Assembly (NCBI GenBank): GCA_002269645.1
Contig: NIVC01002177.1
Coordinates: forward strand, 124,001 to 188,000
Direction of reading: 5' to 3'
From: Macrostomum lignano
Lineage: Eukaryota
Length of the DNA stretch: 64,000 bases
Shown here piece after piece: positions 28,762-41,200 of this stretch (its first letter is position 1; the number at the start of each line of letters is the position of its first letter). Under the pieces are notes generated by a model. The model was given only the letters and a program-made list of their open reading frames with translations. It did no database searches and was not told the DNA's origin. Position numbers and translations under genes: made by a program.

Positions 28762-31233
28762 TCGCCCGCCTTACCACTTCGCCACTCGTACTCTTCTTCT
28801 AGCATCCGAGTGATATTCTGAGCGAATGTACTTTCTTTAGTTGTGCTTTTCAGTTCATTAGTGCAAAGAAATTTAGTTTTTGAACCATACAGATATGCGA
28901 TTCAGTAAAATGCAGTAAAAATACAGGCAGCCTGCGGGCCAATGGTTGGATCTTTACAAATCACAAAAGCGGAACTGGAAACCTAACCAACTCTAGGCTA
29001 GCAAACTAAAAAGCAGCCCTGATTCCGAGCTGTGATGCAGCACCGGAAGGGATCGGGAAATCCAGCAAATCTAGAGCTCCCTTGATAGCAGTTTTCAATT
29101 CCGATCATTACTCCCATCACAAACGGAAGCTGCTCATTAGAGCTCAAGTCTCATTGGCCTGCACCAACCCCCATGCATAATGAGCCTACACCGTGGGCAA
29201 TAAATTTTGTTTTTGCCCCGTCCCAGCTTCAACCCTTTCAATCCCTATAGTAGCCCAGATTGACTTTGGGGCCTCTCTTCCAGCTGATTAGATCGCTGCT
29301 CCAGCCGAAAACCCTCCACAATCCCGGAAAGACAAAGAGGCAACTCGCTGGAACTCGCCAAAAACTTTCAAGTAGAAAAGCGCTACAGCCCAAGAGCTTG
29401 CAATCTTTACAATTCCACATAACTTTTCTACACTAAGATCATTTCGGTACATCGCGGTTCCGCAGATGAATGATGCGCGCATAGCAACCAGGCCAGATCC
29501 TGATGTGCGAAAGTGCTACTAGAATCCGCCAATGGAGGCAGGCAAATTCTAGGTTGTATCGTTTGTTGCAATGCCCAGCTGCAGGCAGCTGTGCCTGGAG
29601 AAACAGAAACTCGATTTCGCTTGATCGGAGCCGCTCTGTCGCGCAGTTTCTCTCCTAGCCGGCTAGCGCAAGCTGAATAACTGCGCGCGTGGGAATCGGT
29701 CTGAAACTGAATGCGTGAGACAATTCGGATCGAAATTCTGGCCCACTGGTTGCCCTTTGCCCTCCCTCTCAGCTTTCATCTCTCCGCCATCTCTCCATGC
29801 GGCTCAGTCTGCTCTCTTGCTCCACTGCCGATCCGCATGAGATGAGGAAATGGAACTGGGACGAAGCGGTGATAAAAAAATAACACAATTGTGGCGCTCA
29901 CGAAGGGACTGAACTAATCAGAAGCAATGGACGGATGAAGTTCCGTACGCTTCGACAGCAGCTTTCTGGGCGGCGCAATAACCCAGGTAGCTGGTGCGAC
30001 TGTAGCGCATCCGGCCTTTTAGACAATGGGGGGATTTGGGGAACAAAGAAAATGGTCTCCCCAGCGGAAAGCGAAGTCTGGCTGCTTCAATCGGGAGGGG
30101 ATGCTGCAGGGACAGAGTCAAGAGGCCACGGGGGGGGCCGAGTCAGCTCCCGAAAAAGTTTCCTAGCCCAACTGAAACTTCCGGGATGTCTGTGCTGCAT
30201 CAGGGGATTTGCAGTGCAGTTAAAGAAGCTTTCTAAAGCTCTTCGCTTACTCTGAGTGAGCGTTTTTATTCATGCCTGTGTTTCACCCGCCTCAAAGCAG
30301 ATGACTTGGCAAGGAACTAAAATTTACGACTTCTAAAATAATAGCGACTAGAGGGAGGTATTTCAAACTTCAAAGTTTCGTAAAGTGGCAAAATACTAGT
30401 GCATTTCTTTAGCCTTTAGTGTCATATCCAACGGTGTCTTTCGGACCGAATTGGTTCGGCACGGATAAAGCGAATTTCTCGCGCACATAAATAGCACCTG
30501 TTTGACACGCTTGTCAGTCATGGTGCCGAATCTCCGGTTCGGTGGGCGAGCAGCTGTCCCCTGAAGTGAGGTGGGGCGCCTTAGCTCCTCAAACCTCAAA
30601 CACAGCATGTAGCTGCAGTTGCAGGTGGATTTTTTATGGTAGCAGTGTATTAATAACATCGGATTATCCTGAGCCGAGATCAACACCAGCAGCAATAGGC
30701 TGATTGTTAATTCTGCTTTTCGAAAAGCCGACTAGCTGTGTTTGATGTTTCATTTCCTGTCGGCGAAGGCTTTGAATCATCAAATTTATAATGAGTTATC
30801 TGTAACCCTGCCTTTTGAGTGCGGCAACTACCTAAACACGAGTGCGCGAGAAGTACATTCGGGTTTAACCAAACAAGGCCCGGGAAATGCGTTTTTGTCT
30901 ATGGAACTTGCACAGTGGGGATCAGGGTTTTTGAGGACGGAGTCTATGGTAAAACAAGTATTAGTGAATATCAAAATCGTTAGTCAATGCCAATGGCAAT
31001 TACATTTATTTGATTGGCAACGGCTTGTAAACGGAGGAGAAGAATTCCTAGCATCCCTACAGATGAAGTCGGGATCGCATGCCGCATTATTGAGCACACT
31101 ATTGAGCGCGCATTTGATTGACAACTGGATAAGGCCCGATGATTAAAATAAATCAACGATTTTGGAAATCAAAGTGATGGCATGAACTGAAAGTACAAGC
31201 AGCATCTTTGCATTGGCAGATTATGGAGGCTTT

Positions 31234-31238
<5 letters not shown>

Positions 31239-31282
<44 letters not shown>
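31239..31282. repeat. (ATT)n microsatellite
   Basis: Read directly. Confidence 0.95.
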
Positions 31283-31502
31283 GTTTATTTTTATTAAATG
31301 GGTAGTGTCTTTTTGTGAAAATATTTGAGGCAAACTGATAAACCCAACGTAAAAATACGCTAAATTAAGTACTCATGCAACGGTAGCTTGAATTTCCACA
31401 ATGGCTCTATCTTATTGAGTCATTAGCTAAAATAAACGCCTTATCTTCTTCAGTAAGGCTTTAAAATTCGAAACATTATCCGGGATTTCTTGCTCAAATT
31501 GA

Positions 31503-32830
31503 GCAACTCCGCCTGAGCCATGGCATCTCAGCAACCCCCAATTGAGCCATGGCATCTCAGCAACTCCCATTGAGCCATGGCATCTCAGCAACTCCCATTG
31601 AGCCATGGCATCTCAGCAACTCCCATTGAGCCATGGCATCTCAGCAACTCCCATTGAGCCATGGCATCTCAGCAACTCCCATTGAGCCATGGCATCTCAG
31701 CAACTCCCATTGAGCCATGGCATCTCAGCAACTTCCTTATGAGCCATGGCATCTCAGCAACTTCCTTATGAGCCATGGCATCTCAGCAACTCTCATTGAG
31801 CTATGGCATCTCAGCAACTCCCCATTGAACCATGGCATCTCAGCAACTCCCCATTGAGCCTTGGCATCTCAGCAACTTCCTTATGAGCCATGGCATCTCA
31901 GCAACTCCCATTGAGCCATGGCATCTCAGCAACTCTCATTGAGCTATGGCATCTCAGCAACTCCCATTGAGCCATGGCATCTCAGCAATTCTCATTGAGC
32001 CATGGCATCTCAGCAACTCCCATTGAGCCATGGCATCTCAGCAACTCCCTTATTGAGCCATGGCATCTCAGCAATTCTCATTGAGCCATGGCATCTCAGC
32101 AACTCTCATTGAGCTATGGCATCTCAGCAACTCCCATTGAGCCATGGCATCTCAGCAACTCCCATTGAGCCATGGCATCTCAGCAACTCCCCCATTGAGC
32201 CATGGCATCTCAGCAACTCCCATTGAGCCATGGCATCTCAGCAACTCCCATTGAGCCATGGCATCTCAGCAATTCTCATTGAGCCATGGCATCTCAGCAA
32301 CTCCCATTGAGCCATGGCATCTCAGCAACTCCCCATTGAGCCATGGCATCTCAGCAATTCTCATTGAGCCATGGCATCTCAGCAACTCCCATTGAGCCAT
32401 GGCATCTCAGCAACTCCCCCATTGAGCCATGGCATCTCAGCAACTCTCATTGAGCCATGGCATCTCAGCAACTCCCCCATTGAGCCATGGCATCTCAGCA
32501 ATTCTCATTGAGCCATGGCATCTCAGCAACTCCCATTGAGCCATGGCATCTCAGCAATTCTCATTGAGCCATGGCATCTCAGCAACTCTCATTGAGCCAT
32601 GGCATCTCAGCAACTCTCATTGAGCCTTGGCATCTCAGCAACTCTCATTGAGCCATGGCATCTCAGCAACTCTCATTGAGCCTTGGCATCTCAGCAACTC
32701 TCATTGAGCCATGGCATCTCAGCAACTCTCATTGAGCCTTGGCATCTCAGCAACTCCCATTGAGCCATGGCATCTCAGCAACTCTCATTGAGCCTTGGCA
32801 TCTCAGCAACTCCCCCTTTCAGCCATGGAA
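31503..32830. repeat. 28-bp satellite TTGAGCCATGGCATCTCAGCAACTCCCA, about 47 copies
   Basis: Period 28, with length variation in the C-run. Each unit contains the palindrome GCCATGGC. Confidence 0.97.
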
Positions 32831-33700
32831 TTTCAGCCATGAGAAAGAAGTGACTCAGACAAAAATAGAGCAACAAAGATGGGGTGACTGCTTATTCGAA
32901 ACAATCTGAAATCTGACACGGAAGCCCTTGTTATCACCCATGAGGCCCATCAAGTCTTTTGGAGCAGGCTGGGTTTCCAGGCAAGCCGGCAGAAATTAAA
33001 CCTGTTTTTCTGCCTTCTCCTCGGCCCAGTGGAACTGTTACAGCTTAACAGAACAGCTTAGCCCAAGATCCGACGCAGGGCTCTCTCCGAGTCCGCAGCT
33101 GATTGGTCGCTGTGTTTTACTGCCATTTTGGGACCAGTGAATCCGCAGTGGTTATTGCGGCATGCGGATGAATGCTTGCCCCACCCTCCTATAGGCTGCG
33201 GGCAAAAAGGGAGAGCAGCATGGAGGTTTATAACTTCTACTGCAGAGAATTTTCCACATGGTCCCGAAAGTTCGCTTATCAACAAGAGAAAAGCTGCGAG
33301 TTTGAATCCCGCGGACAAGCAAATAAAGCGGAAAAAAGCAAAAGCATTCTGATAGTAGTTCATCAAAGCAGATAGAGATTTCTTCCATTGTGAGTATCAA
33401 ATGAATTATTAATAATAACAATAATAATCGCGGGACAGCACACTGGCGCAACGCCTTCGGAGACCTCGTCCCGTAACAAGCGAATGCCCGATCCGCTGAC
33501 ATGCAATCACGCACTCACACACACGCTCACACGGGGTGTACAGCGAACCTGGCTTTCTAATCATCGGCATGTACACTCTCTGTGTCTTGGGGGGTGGCCT
33601 TCATGGGTTTCCCAGTTTAATTTTTTGTGGACAAGCCGCAAACTATCGGTAATGTAGCCATGCACATCTCCAATTTCAGTCCTTCGCTACTCAGGCCAGA

Positions 33701-36700
33701 ATGGCCAGAATTCCCAAAGCCACCAACGCGGCAATGGTGATCGCTTGCATTCTCTGCTGGTGCTCAACAGTGTCAAGCGCCCTGGAGATCAGCATTGACG
33801 AGGAGCTGGCCAACGGCACAGTCATCGGCAATGTGAAGGCTCTGCACTACGACCTGCACAAGATACCCACCGCTGGGAAGAAGTTCCGCATTTTCCACAA
33901 GGCCCGCCAGGAACAGAGGGCGGACCTGTTCGAAGTGGACCCCGACTCCGGTGACATTCGGGTCAAGGGACGCATCGACAGGGAGGCTCTGTGCCCAGAT
34001 AATCCTCCCCAGTGCAGGTGAGAGGCTTCACAGATTCGCCTGTTTGCAGCAGGCCTGCGTGTGACTTTTAATATTTAAAACAACTTTGATTTTTTAACCT
34101 GTGTACTTAGCCTGGCTACTCTCACACTGACTACTCTCATGCTGGCTACTCTCGTGCTGGCTACTCTCATGCTGGTTACTCTCATGCTGGCTACTCTCAC
34201 ACTGGCTACTCTCACACTGGCTACTCTCACACTGACTACTCTCACACTGACTACTCTCACACTGACTACTCTCACACTGACTACTCTCACACTGACTACT
34301 CTCACACTGACTACTCTCATTCTGGCTACTCTCACACTGACTACTCTCATGCTGGCTACTCTCATTCTGGCTACTCTCACACTGACTACTCTCATGCTGG
34401 CTACTCTCATTCTGGCTACTCTCACACTGACTACTCTCACACTGACTAATCTCACACTGACTACTCTCACACTGACTACTCTCACACTGACTACTCTCAC
34501 ACTGACTACTCTCACACTGACTACTCTCACACTGACTACTCTCATGCTGGCTACTCTCACACTGACTACTCTCATGCTGGCTACTCTCACACTGACTACT
34601 CTCACACTGACTACTCTCACACTGACTACTCTCACACTGACTACTCTCACACTGACTACTCTCATGCTGGCTACTCTCACACTGACTACTCTCATGCTGG
34701 CTACTCGCACACTGACTACTCTCATGCTGGCTACTCTCATGCTGGCTACTCTCATGCTGGCTACTCTCATTCTGGCTACTCTCACACTGACTACTCTCAT
34801 GCTGGCTACTCTCACACTGACTACTCTCACACTGACTACTCTCACACTGACTACTCTCACACTGACTACTCTCACACTGACTACTCTCACACTGACTACT
34901 CTCATGCTGGCTACTCTCACACTGACTACTCTCATGCTGGCTACTCGCACACTGACTACTCTCATGCTGGCTACTCTCATGCTGGCTACTCTCATGCTGG
35001 CTACTCTCATGCTGGCTACTCTCATTCTGGCTACTCTCATGCTATCCGGTTACTCTCATGGGCTTACACTACCAGACTATTGCATCACAAAAATCGAAAA
35101 CAAGAACAGATAATGCATCCCGGTTCAAACGTAGAAGTTTTTTAAAGAAAATATTTTACGTCAGCTTTTTCGGCCCTAAAAAAGTCAGGAAAGGAATGCA
35201 ATCGAAATCGGAAATGGCGCACAATAAAAACTGCTTGCCCCAGACACCGATGCACAGTTTCTGTTCGGATCGATTGCGTAATCAGATGCCAAGCCGTTCC
35301 AGGATCCCTAGCTATGGCAGTCAAGACCAAATAGCCACTGAGAGCCTTATCGGGGCTGAAGAAATTGGCGATTCTTGGAAATCCCAGACTATTGCAAACT
35401 CCCAAACGAAAATACCTAAAAGATAAATCCAATTTCCATGGTGATTTTCTTCAGGAATTCAATTTGGATCGCCAATAAGGACAGCGTGGATAGCTTGGGG
35501 AAATTGGGAAAAGCACTGAAGAGGCAGATAATGAAATGAGAGAGCGGCACATGCAATACTGGGGGGGGGGGTGCTTCCGCAGAATTTCAACAGTTTTTGT
35601 GTTTTACAATCTCGAGGATTTATTAGTCATTCTCCAAAATTTCCCCGCTAATGCTGCTTCTCTTTAGTCCAACTGTCAACTGCATCCTGCGGGATATGCA
35701 TGCAACTCCGAGGCATGAAAATTTACGGACATTGGCCCACTATTGATGACGAGATGCTTTTTATGAAGATTCCCATCCCGCATAAAATTTGCCCTCTGCC
35801 ACTCAACGCTAGCAATATTCTCCCAAATAATGTGTCCCAGAATCCGGACTTAAGTTTCCTGGCGTGGGGGAATATAAACACGCATTAATGCAACACCCCA
35901 ACATGATCAGCTCACTTCCTATAATCCCAATGACCGCGCGTTTGCTTAGCTCTGAATTCAGCAGCAATTAGGATCGGGTGGGACAAGCGGGGGGTGGAGT
36001 GCAAGTGCTATTCACTGACCCATTGTCACCTCCGCCAGACAGCTCAATGGGAACCCAGCTCTGTCTTTCCTGCCCCGGGCTTCACTTTGCCTGAGTCAAC
36101 TCCACCAGCTGTAATAGTTTCGCTATATTTTTACAATGCAGTGAGACTAGTTGATTCCCCAGACCCCATTATGCTCGCAATTCGCTGGCCTCCCCAGCTC
36201 TCATTTCAGCAACTGCCTGGTAGACATAGAATTCTAGAAAACTAACTGGAAGCGAAGGCTTTTTTGGGGGGCGGACACAACCGGGCCGAGTGGGAGCCTG
36301 CATGTTTTCTGGCTGCCTTATTCAACACTAATGTTTTCACTAATAATTGGCTGCTGTTATTAAGAGTAATATTTAATTCTTTAAGTTTATTTTTTTAATT
36401 AACAAGTCAGTGCTTATTAAGAGTCACTAAAGGTATTTGTGACATATCTTAACAAAACTAATATTTTTGCAAAGCCGCAAAGTAAACACATAGGATCAGT
36501 AAAAAATCATAGTATGAACATAAATTAGCTGCTTAATCTAATCTATGAAGAAGATGCATCGCGGTACCATCGCCACTGCATCGCGGTACTTTCCGGCGAT
36601 CGATTTCACCTGATGCATCGCGGTCAAACTCGACGATTTCGTCGAGTCTCTTCCTGCCGACCGTCGAACGCGCCCAGCGCCAGCTGGACCAGCTTGTGAG

Positions 36701-38194
36701 CGTTGCTGCGAGCGTCGGCCTGGGGGTCAACACGCAGAAGACCGTCGTGCTTCGAATACCGAGACGCTGACAGGCAGGTGTCGAAGCTTCCGCACTGTCA
36801 GCAGTTCGTCTGCCTCGGCGGTCTGCAGACCATGGTGCTTGATGTTCCAGAGGACCTAGCACGTCGCCGTGGACTTGCTTGGGTTGCCTTCCGTTTCGTG
36901 AGGGCTGTCCTGCAGTCCGAGGCCCTGCCTGACGGCCAGAGGGCGGCGTTGTTCAAGGCGGTGATCGAGACCGTCCTGTTGTACAACACCGAGACCTGGA
37001 CACTGACGGATTCGCTCGAACAGCAGGTCAATGCGGCGCACGCTGGCCTGTCTTTAAGATCGGCTGCGAGCACGTCACCAATGCGGGCTCTATCGCCGCA
37101 CTGGCCTGTCCCTTCCCAGCAAACTTTTGCGCCGTTCACGACTCCAGCTGGCAGGCCACATCATCCGAGCCGAGTCCTAAAGTCCACAGCCGGTGCAGGA
37201 AGTGCTGCTGCTGTCGCTGCAGGCACCCTACCGGCGGGGACAGGCGCGCAGTCTGTGTTTCGTCGACTTCTTGCCGGCTAATGCCGGCGCCCCGGACTCT
37301 GCCGGCTGTGCGGCCGGCGGTTCGCGCCCAGGCCCTGAAACGTGTGACGTTGTCCTTGTCTCTCATGACCATGACTCGCTGGAATGGCTGACAGCGCATT
37401 TTGTTGTTGTATGGAGGGCACACCGGCACACCATCATTCCTTATTCAGAGTGTCGCTGTTTCTCCTGCGCTCACTAAGAATCTTGTGACGTTGTGTGAAA
37501 ATCGGTGGCAATAAAGTGCAACGAGCACAGTTGAGATTCTGTCCTGGGTTGGTAGTTTACCCTTCAAATTCGTTGCGACCATTCTTCAAATAGTTGAAAA
37601 TCATGCAAAGGAAGCACATGAGAAAATATTCTGCTTTCTGCTCCTGAAGATTGAACCGCTGGATTTTTATTTGTAGTTGCATATCCAGATCCAGACCTGT
37701 AGTTGTAAGCTGCGTATTTATAAACAATTCTTTTTCTCTGACTATAGTCTCTGATATAGCATGTATCATATCGAATCTTTATATATTTTTCATTTAGGGT
37801 GAAGTGGAGAAGGCATCCTCAAAAGCATGCGAGCAAATGTACACCCAATGTGCATGCGTTCAGCTTTCAAGTGGGGGGCCTGTTACCCCGTGTGCATCAC
37901 AGACAAAAAACAGCACTGATTTACCGGGGATCTTCCTTCCCCTCCGAAGGGTTTTTCTCCTGTCTAGGACAAAAAAACTTCCAAGCCTTGTGAAGAGCCT
38001 GCCCACCTCAAACCCCGCTTAGTCAGTGGGACTAAGATAGGGAAAGGCAGGCCGTTTAAACAAGCTAAAATGACTCGGCCCGGTTGTGTCCGCTTTCGAC
38101 CCACGAAAAAGTGAGCCTTCTCTTCCAGTTAGTTATCTAGAATTCTATGCTGGTAGATATACGGGAGCGTGAAATATCTATTTTATCGCAGCAA

Positions 38195-38230
<36 letters not shown>

Positions 38231-41200
38231 TACACCCCAGTGAAAGCCTCTGTGTGGTCACTGAGAGAGGCAAACAGCAGGGTAAGAGAGAGAGAGAGAG
38301 AGAGACCAACCCGCATTCACCCCCTGTTGCATGGGCAGAACAGGTGGATACTTGTAATATGCTGAAAGGCTGGTAGCACAGCCCAACATTGTCATAGAGC
38401 TCTCTTTCGCTGATAGTTCATCTGCTTTTGCTTGTCTCGATCATAGGAATATTGGCAATATTATTCTTCCCAATACACCGAACCCACCAGATCCCATGGC
38501 AGTCCACAGAAAGATTTGTTCAGCTGGATTGGGATAACCCGAACCCATTTCGGCAATATTTGCTATTGTTTCAGCTAAAATAAGTAGGTTTGCACTCGTT
38601 TTTTGCCTTGATATAGCTACATGTAGATATTGTTGAACCAAGCCATACGAAAAGTAGTGTGATATGAAATTTGAAGTGAATTGCAACAGTCAATCGAAAT
38701 ATATTCCTAGAGCAGGGGTCAGCTCAGAATCCAGCTGAGAATCCAGCTCATGGCTACGGCCTAAATTAGAGAGGAAAGGAGAGGGAATAAAGGAGATAAG
38801 AAACGAGACAAGATGAGAAAAGAGGGGAGAGACGAGAGAAGGGAGAGAAAAGAGAGGGGAGATAAAGAGGAGAGAGAAGAGAGGGAGAGAGTGAAGAGAG
38901 GAGAGAGGGGGAGAAGAGAGGTGGGAGAATAGAGGGGAGAGAGGAGACAGAGGGGAGAGAGCAGAGAGAGAAGAGAGGAGAGAGGGGGGAGAAGAGAGAG
39001 GGGAGAGGGGAGATAGGGGAGAAAGAGGAGGGGGGAGATAGGGGAGAAAGAGGAGAGGGGAGATAGGGGAGAAAGAGGAGAGAGGGGAGTGGAGAGAGGG
39101 GAGTGGGTGGAGAGGAGAGAGGGGAGAGGTGCAGAGGGGAGAAAGGAGAGAAGAGACAAAAGCATTGAGCGGGCCGGATTGCTATTGTGAAGTTTCAACG
39201 GACCGCGGGCCGCATGGGGCGCCAGAGTTTGCCGACCCCTGACCTAGAAAGTTATACTCCTAGTGGTTCCTAGATGGACCCAAAATATTACTGTGAATAT
39301 GAGACAGATATTGCTTCTTATTTGATTCTGAGAGACTTAAGTAGTTTCTGACCATGCGGTGGGTCCATTGCTGCAGGAGCGAGTTCTCCATCTACCAGGA
39401 CTCACTGAGCCAGAAGGTGGACGTGCTTGTTCTCATCAATGACATCAACGATGAGCAACCAAGCTGGCCAGTGGCTGGCAATGTCATTCGGGTCGAATTC
39501 CTCGATGGCGATGGGCCCGGCAAGAACAAATTTATCCTCAACGCGGTAGACAAAGACCTGGGCAAGAACGGCAGAGTTCGCTATACGCTGTACAACCTTG
39601 GTGCGCCGTTCTCGCTGAAGCAGACGGCGGAGGACAACCGACTGTCACTGGAGACGTCGCGAATTATCGACCGAGAGGAGAAGGATTCGTACAACATGAG
39701 CCTCGTGGCAATCGACGAGGGAAACCCGCCGCTCACTGGTTCCATCATGCTGCAGGTGATCATCATCGACGTGAACGATCACGCGCCCGAGTTCGACCGC
39801 GCCTTCTACACGCCTCCCAAGCCGATCTACGAGAACGAGGTGGTGAACAGCGAAGTGCTGCAGCTGCAAGCCACGGACAGGGACTCCGGCGACTACGGCA
39901 CCGTTGTTTACGACTTCGCTGCCACGGCCGGCGAGGACCAGCAGGTGGCCAGGCAGTACCTGGCCGTGCTGGCAAACGGCAGAATCATCATTCGCAAGCC
40001 GCTAGACTATGATCGAATGACCAAGAAGTACTTTCTGTTTGAGGTATGTGCAACTCTGAGGAAATAAAATATTCCAACTGAACAAACACGTTTGTGAATT
40101 AAAATTAGCAAAAATTCGATTTGCTTTTGCAGGTGATTGCCAGGGATAATGCTCGCGACAAGGAGTACCGCAAAACGGCCACAGCCACCGTCAGCATTTC
40201 GGTGCTGGACAGAGTCGACGAAGCGCCCACCATCGAGACCTGCTTCCTGCCGTCTGGATGCACTGCCAGCCCATCAGCGCCAAGCATTCCAGAGAACCTG
40301 GCGCTGAGAAGCAAGATTGCCGAGGTCATTGTTCGCGACCTGGACACGGGCGATCATGTCCAGTGTGAGACCGTTCTGAGTGACAATCAGCCGCCTTCGC
40401 ACCTGCAGGTTGGAGGCCTGAGCGAGCACGGGCAAGAGGTGCCTTTTATTCTGCTGTCCTCCAGTGTCAACTACGGATCATCGGCACCCACCGATTCCAC
40501 GGTAAGGAAGAGTCAGTGAGCTTTCAGAGCTTTCCCTCGCTGAAATGCCTGGGAGTCTTCCATTCTTAGGAGCTCTTTTTAGCGATGCTCCAATGTACCC
40601 AATGCAGTAAGCTATCTGATTTTCTCAACTTTGGATTCTCAGGTAGATCATTCCGAATAGCTGAATAGGTTTCGCACCTCAGCCTAATCCACAAGAATAG
40701 CTATTGAAATCAATCAATTGCAAAAACCAGAAAATAAAGAGGAATTTTTTCTACTCATGAAAAACTGAAGTTAATTAAGAAATCGTTTCTTTGAAAAAAT
40801 GATAAACGCTCAATCAAGCGATAACAGTCGTGCTGAGTCAGTGCGGGCAGAGCTAATTCTTGTGATAGCCAAGGATCGCTTGAATCCCTGAAAACAGCAC
40901 CGTTTTCTCTGTTTTAATCTGTCAGCCCGCAGTTATTTGCACGCAGAATTGCGTTTTTAGGCCCCTATATTTTTTGTTCTGAAAGCTGAATTCCCTTCTC
41001 CTCCATGGGGACAACGGGCCGTCAATGCCGAGTTGTCTCCCGAGGGGATTATGAGATTGCTTCATGTGCTCCCTCTGACCCTTCATTCTCATTTCCAAGA
41101 ATCGATTTGCAGGAAGAAAAGGAGGCAGGGAGAGAGGGTGCAATGGCTTTAATCTAAAAAATCATGGAGCATCGCAGAGGCCCTTTTTACGGTGCTCTGA

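Noticed and set aside
34075-35113. 321- and 324-aa ORFs (VSVRV / TTLTL)
   Set aside because: Artefacts of a 15-bp stop-free unit inside a phase-consistent protocadherin intron.
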